A DNA stretch of 64,000 bases from Octopus sinensis (Eukaryota), in the NCBI RefSeq assembly GCF_006345805.1, contig NC_042998.1, positions 196,230,001 through 196,294,000 on the forward strand, in the 5' to 3' direction. The notes under the pieces are model-generated. The model ran no database searches and was not told where the DNA came from. It saw only the letters and a list, made by a program, of their open reading frames with translations. Numbering within the stretch: position 1 is the first letter of the stretch; every line of letters starts with the position of its first letter. Below are positions 53,212 to 63,945 of the stretch, piece after piece. Made by a program: the position numbers and the translations under genes.

Positions 53212-53212
<1 letters not shown>
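52895..53212. mobile_element. (TA)n-flanked AT-rich element with 40-bp internal inverted repeat; relative at 63525-63720
   Basis: 52975-53014 vs 53172-53212; AAATTAGAGATAAAACCAC(T)ATTAGG(C)AAATCAAACA shared with 63525. Confidence 0.7.
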
Positions 53213-53282
<70 letters not shown>

Positions 53283-53287
53283 TATAT

Positions 53288-53818
53288 AATCAACTAATAA
53301 GGGTGAGAGAATTAGATACTAATTTAATAGTATATCCATTTAACACCAAGTGGCTTAGTGCATAAAAACCCGGAATTCAATAAATTTTATATATAAATAT
53401 AAGCGAGTAACCACTATGTGGTCGACTCTAGCATTAGGTTTCAGCCACAAAGAATTGTTTCCGATGAAAGTTTGCACGACTACTAGCGCAAACGAACAGG
53501 GTAAATAAAAATAACAAAAATGCAGATTAGTTCAGGACAATTGTTTCGCTATTAATAAATTATGTAATTTTACTCACACAACATATCTGTAGCTCTTCAG
53601 CCGAACCCGTCCAGAATACAATTTACTCAACCGCTCGCTAGATTTTACCATAACGATAAACACACGTGCGGTTCAGTCGATTGCATTTCGCTGTTATAAT
53701 TCAAGTACCCCTGCCACAGCCCGCCAAAATTCACGGAAACTGATACTACATCCAAAATTAAATGTAGTATAATTACAATCAACTAATAAGGGTGAGAGAA
53801 TTAGATACTAATTTAATA
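53288..53818 (-). mobile_element. Retrozyme/pseudo-LTR-like unit: 489-bp monomer plus 42-bp terminal direct repeat, between (TA)n tracts
   Basis: AATCAACTAATAAGGGTGAGAGAATTAGATACTAATTTAATA at 53288-53329 and 53777-53818; contains one hammerhead. Confidence 0.75.
53530..53606 (-). ncRNA. Canonical type I hammerhead ribozyme, GUC cleavage triplet
   Basis: GUUCGG-CUGAAGA-GCUA...UAGC-GAAAC-AAUU-GUC-CUGAAC; predicted cleavage between 53536 and 53535. Confidence 0.88.
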
Positions 53819-53931
53819 TATATATATATATATTTATGTATGTATGTATGTATGTATGTATGTATGTATGTATGTATGTATGAATGTATGTATGTATGTA
53901 TTTATTATGTATGTATGTATGTGTATGTATA

Positions 53932-54008
<77 letters not shown>

Positions 54009-54220
54009 AAATCCAGGGATCGAGATGTAGGGAGAAAGTTAGCTTCAAGCAACCCGTAGTAAATTTTAAAAACAACTTTCAGGAACAATGGTGGTTTATT
54101 CTTTCTTCCCTCCTTCTAATACTTTTTCTCCCTACATTTATATACCCCCCTCCCATACTGTGCCCTCCACACATGTACCCCCTTGCGACAATATAACCTT
54201 TAATCTAATGAAGATATCCT

Positions 54221-54307
54221 TGGCCTGAAGAGTAGCCAGCGGTATACACCTCATTTGGAATTTTACCACTTCTGAGTTTCTACTCGCTATAAAACATATA
54301 TAGGCTG
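54221..54307 (+). ncRNA. Decayed type I hammerhead motif within a (TA)n-flanked element (54005-54340)
   Basis: TGGCC-TGAAGA-GTAGC...GCTAT-AAAAC-ATAT-ATA-GGCTG; core mutations present. Confidence 0.5.
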
Positions 54308-54584
54308 GATTTTTCTTACTCAATTCCGTAACTTTTGTGTATATATATATATATAATATATATATATATATATAGCAAAAGTATCAGAGTGACTGAAGAA
54401 CCGGGAGTTTCGTGTACTTGCACTTATCAAAATTTGGTAAGTGTCAAAGCACTAAACTCTCGGCCTTTCAGCCTCTCTGTTGCTTCTGTTAAATATTAAT
54501 AAAATTATGCATACGCTCATATTTTGAGTTCTATTTCATTCTGTTTGCATCACCATTCCTACACACGCACACACACACACACAT

Positions 54585-54621
<37 letters not shown>

Positions 54622-55043
54622 CATGAATAGATTCATTTATGGGTTAACAAAGCAATCAGTGTGGTTTCATAGGAAAACATCTTCCATGGGGTAGCTTGAA
54701 CAATTGTGAAGATCTCTTCGCATGAAACCATTGGTTGCCTTGTTAACTCGGAAATAAAATCTATTTATCCACGAACGTTGTGTTGAGCACTCATTCTCCA
54801 TTGTTGAACATTAGATTATACATACACACACACGCACGCACACACACACACATACACACACACACATGGTATTCAGAGATTAATGTGACTAAAAAGTAAG
54901 AAATGTCTTTAATACTGTATATTGATTGAAGAGGATTTATATGGTAGGAGATTATTGAAAGTAATTAGCGCCTTTTTATTGCAATAACTTATTCCCTGCG
55001 AGGTAGCCAATAGTAACCAATATCAATGATAATAATAATAATA

Positions 55044-55097
<54 letters not shown>

Positions 55098-55117
<20 letters not shown>

Positions 55118-55536
55118 TTGTCAGTTGTTTGACCTTAACCAGTTGAGCATGTCCCTTAGTGGCTGACGATATGTGCATCTCTGATCACGAGCAGAAGTAG
55201 TGGGGGAGAATCATAGCCATGTGTTGAGAGGGATTCTTTGGGGTTTGAATAATTCACCTCTGGAAACATGGGTGGTTCTTTCAACATCCTTAAACAACCC
55301 TTATTCAGGGACCATTTGAGCGGGATGGGCTACTCAACCTGAAGAAAATTCTAATTGGGCCCCACCTGCAAGGTCATGTGCTGTTTATCTTGATATGAGA
55401 TCACCATGTCGCGCACATATGGTTGTGATGCATGTGCCTGGTGTACCCTTATCAGACGGGTAGTCATGATGGGTATATTGGGCTTCGTATATTTTACCCC
55501 AGTGTCACTTTGATGGCATGAACTGCTCTCTCACTC

Positions 55537-55537
<1 letters not shown>
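55098..55537 (+). mobile_element. Non-coding (TAA)n-associated element, 5'-truncated
   Basis: Reverse-complement homologue of 62065-62918; (AAT)n on both sides. Confidence 0.85.
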
Positions 55538-55590
<53 letters not shown>

Positions 55591-58500
55591 CCTGAATACG
55601 CTTGAAGTTGTAAGACATACAAGTATGAATGATAGAGAACCGCTTCATAAACTCTCAAATACAAACCAAAATAAAAAACAAATCCAAATTGGCAACTATG
55701 TAACAAATGAAATAATACGAGAATTAAAACCTGATTTTACTGAGTTAAATGAAATTATTTACGCTTCTGCTAGGGCAATTGAAACCAGCTGTATGCCCCC
55801 GAAAAAACAAAGAAAACAAAACCTGGGAAGAAATCAAACCTGGAGAAGTAAAATTGAAAAAGAGATTGAATTTATGAGAGGGGAAATATCAATATTAAAT
55901 GAACTAATATGTGGAAATGATGTAAGATCCAGAACAGGAAGAAAGATGAAGAGAAAATTTGGATCCTCACCAAGAGAAGAACTGATATCAATAAAAGAAA
56001 CGCTGAAACAAAAAGTCCAAGCAAAAGCCCAAAGAATACGAAGATTTGAGAAGAGAAACAAGTTTTACAAGCAAAATAAGCTGTTCACATCCAATGCCAA
56101 AAAATTCTACAGAGAAATAGGGAAGGAGAAAGTAACCGTTAAAGACCCCCCTCCCATGGAAGAAGTTCAAAACTTTTGGAAAAGGATTTGGAGTGACAAG
56201 AAGACGTACAACATAAATGCAGACTGGATTATACAAACTGAAGGATCCTACCAAAATTTACAACAACAAGCATGGGAAGACATCACAATAGCAGACCTAA
56301 GAAAGGCACTCACGAAGGCCCATAATTGGAAATCCCCCGGTAAAGATAGGGTGCCGAATTTCTGGCTCGCATCGCTCCCGTGCGCACACGGTAAGCTAGT
56401 TCAGCTGCTCAATGGAATTATGAGAGACCCAAAGAAAACACCTGAATGGTTAGCAAGTGGCATTACTTACCTACTCCCAAAGAATAACGAAACCAACCTT
56501 CCAAAAAACTATCGGCCTATAACCTGTCTATCCACCACGTATAAAATCCTAACATCTATCCTGGCGGAGAAAACATATGCATTCATGGAGAAGAACGATA
56601 TTTTCCCCATTGAACAAAAAGGGTGCCGCCGAGGCTCTTACGGATGCAAAGATCAACTGCTAATCAATCGTATGATCCTTGAGAACTGTCACAACAAGCG
56701 CAGAAATCTCAGCACCGCATGGATTGACTATAAAAAGGCCTTCGACAGTATACCGCATCCATGGATCTTGAGATCGCTGGACATCTTCAAAATTTCCCCT
56801 GTGATTTCAAACTTCCTGAAGCACAATATGTCGTTGTGGAATACGAATCTCCAATTATACCACTCTAATGGAGTACTTGCCTCAGAAAATATAAACATCA
56901 ACTGTGGAATTTTTCAAGGTGACTCACTTTCACCTTTAATATTCTGCATAGCCCTAATACCCCTTACAAGTGAATTAAACAGAACAGGGTATGGGTATAA
57001 AATTGCCAATAAAAAAATAAGCCATCTATTTTATATGGATGACTTAAAACTTTATGGTAAAGACAATAATGAACTTGAAGGCCTATTGCGCACCGTGAAA
57101 TCATTCAGCGATGACATCGGGATGGAGTTTGGACTTGAGAAGTGTGCCAAGGCCACTTTCCAGAAAGGGAAAGTGAAGACCACAAATTCAGTCGTGTTAG
57201 ATGTTGACACAGTCATAAGAGAGCTTGAGCAAGAACAAACATACAAATATTTAGGGATAAATGAAGGCTCTGGTATTCAGCATGCAAGCATGAAAGAGAA
57301 AATCAGGAAGGAATGTTATAGGAGAGTTCGTGCAGTCCTGAAATCTGAACTAAATGCACGTAACAAGGTGTTAGCTATAAATTCCCTAGCAGTTCCAGTT
57401 GTTACTTATAGCTACAATGTGTTGAACTGGAATATGAGTGAAGTAAAGAATATAGATAGAAAAATACGCAAGCTGCTGAGTTGTAATAGGATGCACCACC
57501 CAAAGGCAGACGTAGATCGCCTTTACCTTCCCAGAGCCCAAGGAGGTCGAGGCCTGATCCAATTTGAACTAGCTTACAAAACAACCACAATTGGACTGGC
57601 CAAATATCTCGAAATATCGAATGACTGGATGCTAAAGCTCGTGGAAAATCACGAGAGACGAAAGAAGCTTCATTCTATCATCAAGGAAAGCAAAAAATTT
57701 GCTATTGATCTCGTGCAGGATACCCAAACTGAACAACCCGAGGGAAGTACGGCAACTATTGTTGCAAAGAAGGTGAAAATGATGGCAATGAAAAAGCGCA
57801 CGAGCAATTGGCTGATAGGTGGGAGGAGAAACCTCTGCACGGCAAATATGTGACCCGCAGCAAACAAGCTGATGTTGACCAGAAGCAAACCCATCAGTGG
57901 CTGCGGAGCTCAGGGCTAAAAGCAGAGAGCGAAGGTTTCATCCTGGCTGCTCAAGACCAAAGCCTATCAACCCGGAACTACCAGGCCAATGTGATGAAAA
58001 ATGGAGCAGACCCAAAATGCCGATTCTGCAACGACATGATTGAAACAGTGGACCACCTAATCTCTGGATGTAAAGTCTTAGCACCAGTGGAGTATAAATT
58101 AAGACATGACAGAGTTGGCCAATATCTCCACTGGCTAATAAGTCGGCATTACAATATCAAAACTGCCGACAAGTGGTATAATCACCACCCTGAGGCTGTA
58201 ACTGAAGGAGAAAATGTAACCATTCTGTGGGACTTTCCAGTACATACAGACCGAACCATCAAGGCCAATAAACCAGATATTGTTGTGAAAGACCAAAACA
58301 ATAAAGTTTGCTTATTGATCGACATGAGCATCCCCTGTGATCATAATATCTCAGCGAAAGAGTTTGACAAGCTCAGAAAATATAAAGACCTACTCATTGA
58401 AATTGAGAAAATGTGGCATCTCAAGGCGGTTACAATACCAGTGATCGTAGGAGCACTAGGAATGATCAAGAAGGGAACCGAAAATTATATGAGAATGATC

Positions 58501-58762
58501 CCTGGCTTACCATCCCTGCAAGAAGTGCAAAAGATTGTCTTAACTGGTACATCACACGTATTGAGAAGAGCATTGTCGATGTGAGAACTGTTGCTGCTCA
58601 TGTATTTTAATTTAACTTTAAAAAAAAATTTTTTTTAAATGAACGAACTACTGAGTTTGGTTTAATGGCCTACCAATATACACTATGAGTTTCTTTGCCC
58701 TAGGAGTCGGGAAGACACTCGGCAAGAAATGGAAGAAAATTTGAAAGAAGAAAAAAAAAAGT
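55591..58762 (+). mobile_element. R4/Dong-clade non-LTR retrotransposon, 5'-truncated, RT + CCHC + restriction-like endonuclease, one frameshift near 57791-57795, in (TAA)n
   Basis: KSPGKD, NYRPITCL, QKGCRRGSYGCKDQLLIN, AWIDYKKAFDSIPH, GIFQGDSLSPL, YMDDLKL; then CRFC..ETVDHLISGC, RHD, KPDIVV.D, LID..IP, KYKDL; ORFs 55625-57853 and 57808-58584. Confidence 0.93.
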
Positions 58763-58803
58763 AATAATAATAATAATAATAATAGTAATAATAATAATAA
58801 TAA

Positions 58804-59160
58804 ATGCTTTCTAATTGATGTATCAATACCAACTGACAACGTTCCCTAAAAGAAATGGAGAAACTTTCAAAATACAAAGACCTGGAAATTGAGGTAACTC
58901 GAATGTGGAGTCTAAAAACAGAAACAATTCCTATCATAGTAGGTGCATTAAGCATGATAAAAAAATATTCAGACAAAATACATAACAAAAACACCAGGAC
59001 CAACAAGTATATATAACACAGAAAATAGCACTACTAGGTATCGCACACATCCTACGTAAAACACTTTCAATACAGTGAAAATAAGAGCATCACAGCAAAC
59101 CACAGTACATATCCAAGGCACACAGAGCTGTAATTGGTAGTGCAATGAAAGCCCGTGATA
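58804..59160 (+). mobile_element. Dong 3' fragment (family of 9916-10449) followed by (GAA)n
   Basis: CFLIDVSIP...KEMEKLSKYKDLEIEVTRMWSLKTETIPIIVGAL...HILRKTLSIQ* with frameshifts; 3' UTR homologous to 9916-10014. Confidence 0.85.
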
Positions 59161-59461
59161 AAGAGAAGAAGAAGAAGAAGAAGAAGAAGAAGAAGAAGAA
59201 GAAGAAGAAGAAGAAGAAGAAGAAGAAGAAGAAGAAGATGGAGGAGGAGGAGGAGGAGGAGGAGGAGGAGGAGAAGAAGAAGGTTTTGCTGGTCTGCCCA
59301 ACTAGCAGCAATTTCAAGTCCTCCATCCTTTGGAGGGAATTTTTCGTGTTGGGATATTTTTATTCCTTACACAACCCCACATGACGCCATATTGTACACT
59401 GTCCCCGATATCGTTTATCAACAATCAGTGGTGAATAGCAAAGAAGTATTTTATTATTATT

Positions 59462-59975
59462 CTCTTCCAGAGAACCTTCGGGTCGAAGATCGTGGACAAT
59501 TTCCAAAAGTTTTGGGCTTGGCTTGGCTTTGCTACAGAGGGGCACTGCCCGTTCGAGACCAGCTCTCTTCAGGCATGAAAGCGCCAACAGCCGAACCTGC
59601 CCGAGATGCTTGCAGGGCGACGAAACCGTCCAGCGGGCAATAATTCAGTGTCCGTGCATGAAGGAATTGTGGGATTGTGTGGAGCAGCTGTTGTCACATG
59701 TAAGAACAATTCAGCTGTCTGTCGAGTGTATAGGGAATATCGACGCACCCACCTTCCCTAAGCAGAGAAGGAAGGCAGATCTTTCTCTGCTTAGTAGCTG
59801 TGGCGGCCCCGTCTGAAAGGTTTGAAAACAGGCCATTCCTATCTGGCCAAGCCCTTATCAATTTCTTCTTGAGGGTAGAGAGAGAGGTGCTGCCTTCTAG
59901 TGTGTTTTTCAAAAGGTGGTCGACAGTGGCAAGACTAGTGAGATTAAATGGATCTGCCATGATAGATCGTTAAGC
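59462..59975 (+). pseudogene. L1/Tx1-like LINE 3' coding remnant (CCHC zinc-knuckle region)
   Basis: AWLCYRGALPVRD...SRTCPRCLQGDETVQRAIIQCP...LW..VEQLL; several frameshifts. Confidence 0.65.
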
Positions 59976-60175
59976 CACTACACACATTTTTTTCTCTCCT
60001 TGTTTCTCTCCTTGTTTCTCTCCTTGTTTTTTCTCTGTCCCTTTCTGTAGAAGAGCGTAGGCTCGAAACGTAAAATACTTTTTCTATTCCTGAGTGTTAT
60101 ACTAATACATCTGTTTGTTTGTACACCACCTGTCTTCGTCTTTTGTTTTCTTTTTTTCGTAAACTCTCCCTACTC
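59950..60175 (+). mobile_element. Copy of the variant-hammerhead 3' module directly after the Tx1-like ORF
   Basis: CTTT-CTGTAGA-A-GAGC-GTAG-GCTC-GAAACGTA-AAA at 60041-60075; flanks homologous to 51430-51660. Confidence 0.7.
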
Positions 60176-60330
60176 TGATTATATTTTTCTAAGCAGGAGA
60201 AAAGAAACTGGAAGAGGGCACTTTCCCATGCCTTGAAGATGGCAGAATAATCTGGGATTTTTGTGAGGGGTTTACCCCCGATTACCCTAAGTGGACTATC
60301 CTGCTATGGGGGATTCTATTTTATTCTTTT

Positions 60331-60731
60331 ATTCTTTTACTTGTTTCAGTCAGTTAACTGTGTCCGGTGCTGGAGCACCGACTTTAGTCGAGCAAATCGA
60401 CACCAGGACTTATTCTTTGTAAGCCTAGTACTTATTCTATTGGTCGCTTTTGCCGAACCGCTAAGTTACGGGGACGTAAACACACCAGCATCGGTTGTCA
60501 AGCAATGCTAGGGGGACAAACACAGACACACAAACATATACACACACATACATATATACATATATATACGACGGGATTCTTTCAGTTTCCGTCTACCAAA
60601 TCCACTCACAAGGCTTTGGTCGGCCCGAGGCTATAGTAGAAGACACTTGCCCAAGGTGCCACGCAGTAGGACTGAACCCGGAACAAAATAGTTGGTAAGT
60701 AAGCTACTTACCACACAGCCACTCCTGCGCC
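60331..60731 (-). mobile_element. SINE family B
   Basis: Homology. Confidence 0.88.
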
Positions 60732-60959
60732 TATTTATTCTATTTATTTATTTACTTATTCTTTATTTCTCTACTTTCTATTGTATATCCTCTGTTATAT
60801 CGGCATTATCTCCCTTTGGTTGATATTAACCCACCCCCACCCCCACCACCACCACCACATATTTTTGTAATCTTTTTGTGCTGTAACTCATCCTTCGATA
60901 TTGTTCTCCACGTCTTGGGCCCTTGTGGCCAATAAAAGAAATCATCATCATCATCATCA

Positions 60960-61012
<53 letters not shown>

Positions 61013-61255
61013 GTTCTGTTTGACTTTTGCTTTACATTTGCACAAGTTGGCTCCAAGTCTCACCCAGAGACCTCAAGAGACAACAAGTTGGAAGTTCATG
61101 TTAGTATTAAGCCTAGGGTGCCATATATTTGGTTTTGTACTTAGTGTTGTACTAGTGAATGTCTAAAAAAAAACATACGAAAATTATGTTTGTTTTAAAA
61201 TTTGAGATTACAAAGAAAGTATTTTGCGTAGGATATGAGCCAATTCCCATGATAT
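61013..61255 (-). mobile_element. Dong 3' UTR fragment between (TTA)n tracts
   Basis: Homologous to 10515-10755. Confidence 0.85.
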
Positions 61256-61329
61256 CATTATTATTATTATTATTATTATTATCATCATCATCATCATCAG
61301 CATCATCATCATCGTCGTCGTCGTCGTCG

Positions 61330-61405
<76 letters not shown>

Positions 61406-61434
61406 CATTAGACAATCCGAAGAAGAGAGCGACG

Positions 61435-61667
61435 CGATTGCAAAAGATGTTTTATTGGTTTGAACGATATTCCGACAGCTTGCCTGTCCTTGTCAAGTTC
61501 AAAATGAAAAGTGATACGTAGAAAAAAAAAATGTCCTCGTTCAAGCTTTCGAGTTTAAATTTCTACAATTTTGAATTTCAGTGTATCACATTTCATCTTT
61601 GAATTCGACAAGGACGGGCAAGCTGTCAAAACATCGTTCAAACCAATAAAAATATCCATTACAATCG
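61435..61667. mobile_element. Foldback element, ~83-bp imperfect arms
   Basis: 61435-61517 vs 61583-61667. Confidence 0.75.
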
Positions 61668-61763
61668 AAATGGCGTTCTTCGCTTTCTCTATTTTACCTT
61701 TGTGAGGAATTACGTCAATCTTTTTCAAACATCAACATCAGGTAGAGTGAGATGATTGATTTT

Positions 61764-61795
<32 letters not shown>

Positions 61796-61817
61796 TATTA
61801 TTATTATTATTATAATT

Positions 61818-62030
61818 AGGCAGCGAGCTGGCAGAAACGTTAGCACGCCGGGTGAAACGCTTTGCGGGATTTCATCAGTCTTTTCGTTCTGAGTTCAAAT
61901 TCCGCCGAAGTCGACTTTGCCTTTCATCCTTTCGGGGTCGATGAATTAAGAACCAGTAGTGTACCGGAGTCGATCTAATCGACTGGCCCCTCCCCAAAAA
62001 TTTCGGGTCTTGTGCCTAGAGTAGAATTAT
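61818..62030 (+). mobile_element. SINE family A
   Basis: Homology. Confidence 0.88.
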
Positions 62031-62064
62031 TATTAGTATCATTATTATTATTATTATTATTATT

Positions 62065-62918
62065 GAGTGAGAGAGCAGTTCATGCCATCAAAGTGACACT
62101 GGGGTAAAATATACGAAGCCCAATATACCCATCATGACTACCTGTCTGATAAGGGTACACCAGGCACATGCATCACAACCATATGTGTGCGACATGGTGA
62201 TCTCATATCAAGATAAACAGCACATGACCTTGCAGGTGGGGGCCCAGTTAGAATTTTCTTCAGGTCGAGTAACCCATCACGCTCAAAAGGTCCCTGAATA
62301 AGGGTTGTTTAAGGATGTTGAAAGAACCACCCATGTTTCCAGAGGTGAATTATTCAAACCCCAAAGAATCCCTCTCAACACATGGCTATGATACTCCCCT
62401 TATTCAAATCCCAAAGAATCCCTCTCAACACATGGCTATGATGCTCCCCTTATTCAAACCCCAAAGAATCCCTCTCAACACATGGATATGATGCTCCCCT
62501 TATTCAAACCCCAAAGAATCCCTCTCAACATATGGCTATGATGCTCCCCTTATTCAAACCCCAAAGAATCCCTCTCAACACATGGCTATGATGCTCCCTA
62601 TGATGTTTAAGGATGTTGAAAGAACCACCCATGTTTCCAGAGGTGAATTATTCAAACCCCAAAGAATCCTTCTCAACACATGGCTATGATGCTCCCCCAC
62701 TACTTCTGCTCGTGATCAGAGATGCACATATCGTCAGCCACTAAGGGACATGCTTAGTTGGTTACGGTCAAACAACTGACAAGCAAATATGTGGTACTGA
62801 GCAGAATATTTGCTGTAGCCCATCTTTTATACCAAGACAAAACAATGTACATGATAACACTTCCAATCAGTTAAGATCAGAAACCATCAGAGCCACTGCC
62901 TGGTACTGCATCAGGGCA
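62065..62918 (-). mobile_element. Non-coding (TAA)n-associated element, apparently complete, with internal 50-bp tandem amplification
   Basis: (TTA)n on the left, TTATTA on the right; homologous to 55098-55537. Confidence 0.85.
62351..62698. repeat. 50-bp tandem repeat x5 (62351-62600) plus a sixth copy after a re-duplicated upstream segment
   Basis: TATTCAAACCCCAAAGAATCCCTCTCAACACATGGCTATGATGCTCCCCT; single copy in the 55-kb homologue. Confidence 0.95.
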
Positions 62919-63297
62919 TTATTATCATCATCGTCATCATCATCATCATCAAGGTGATGGATTAATAGAATCATTCGAGCGTCGGAAAAAATGTTATGTT
63001 TATTATTTGGCTGTTTAGACTTAAATCGTTTTTAGTTGGCGTATTTTGCCTGTTTTCTACAAATGGTCACATGACCAAACCCTTTTCGTGCCGATTGGAT
63101 GTTTTAAGTTATCCAGTCAGATCAGCAAAAGTTTAGTGTGTTTTGAGCTTACCCGTAGCTATAAATAGGGAATTTCCGCCATGCATTCTCAGGAAGGAGA
63201 GAATTGTTAACAGAAATCTTTGACGCCATGTTTTGTGTTTTTCTTACGAGCATCATCATGCACAAGCTGCACGAGGAAACCATGTATTTTTGTTAAC

Positions 63298-63461
63298 AGG
63301 CGCAGGAGTGGCTGTGTGGTAAGTAGCTTGCTTACAAACCACATGGTTCCGGGTTCAGTTTCACTTCGTGGCATCTTGGGCAAGTATCTTCTACTATAGC
63401 CTCAGGCCAACCAAAGCCTTGTGAGTGGATTTGGTAGACGGAAACTGAAAGAAGCCCGTCG

Positions 63462-63518
<57 letters not shown>

Positions 63519-63945
63519 TATATTAAATTAGAGATAAAACCACTATTAGGTAAATCAAACATGTGAAAATTATAAGCCAATACATAGAAATAAAATTAAT
63601 TAGAAAATATAAAAAATATAAAATATAAAATATAAAAGTCCAATTAAAATATTTAAATTAAAGTTAAAATTTGAAAAAATTATTTAAATTAAAAATTAAA
63701 CTTATAGATTTTAAATATATATATATTATTTTATTTATTTATATATATATTTATATGTATGTGTGTGTATATGTTGGTGTGTCTATGTTTACGTCCCCGT
63801 AACTTAGCGGTTCGGCAAAAGAGACCGATAGAATAAGTACTAGGCTTACAAAGAATAAGTCCTGGGGTCGATTTGCTCGACTAAAGGCGTTGCTCCAGCA
63901 TGGCCGCAGTCAAATGACTGAAACAAGTAAAAGAGTAAAGAGAGA
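63298..63945 (+). mobile_element. SINE family B with an AT-rich element (63525-63720) nested in its internal (TA)n
   Basis: Homology to family B and to 52975-53100. Confidence 0.85.

Noticed and set aside
62860-62918. HDV-like ribozyme at the 5' end of the TAA-associated element
   Set aside because: Only a simple GCC(C)TG/CAGGC hairpin; no room for P3/L3 and no P2 partner.
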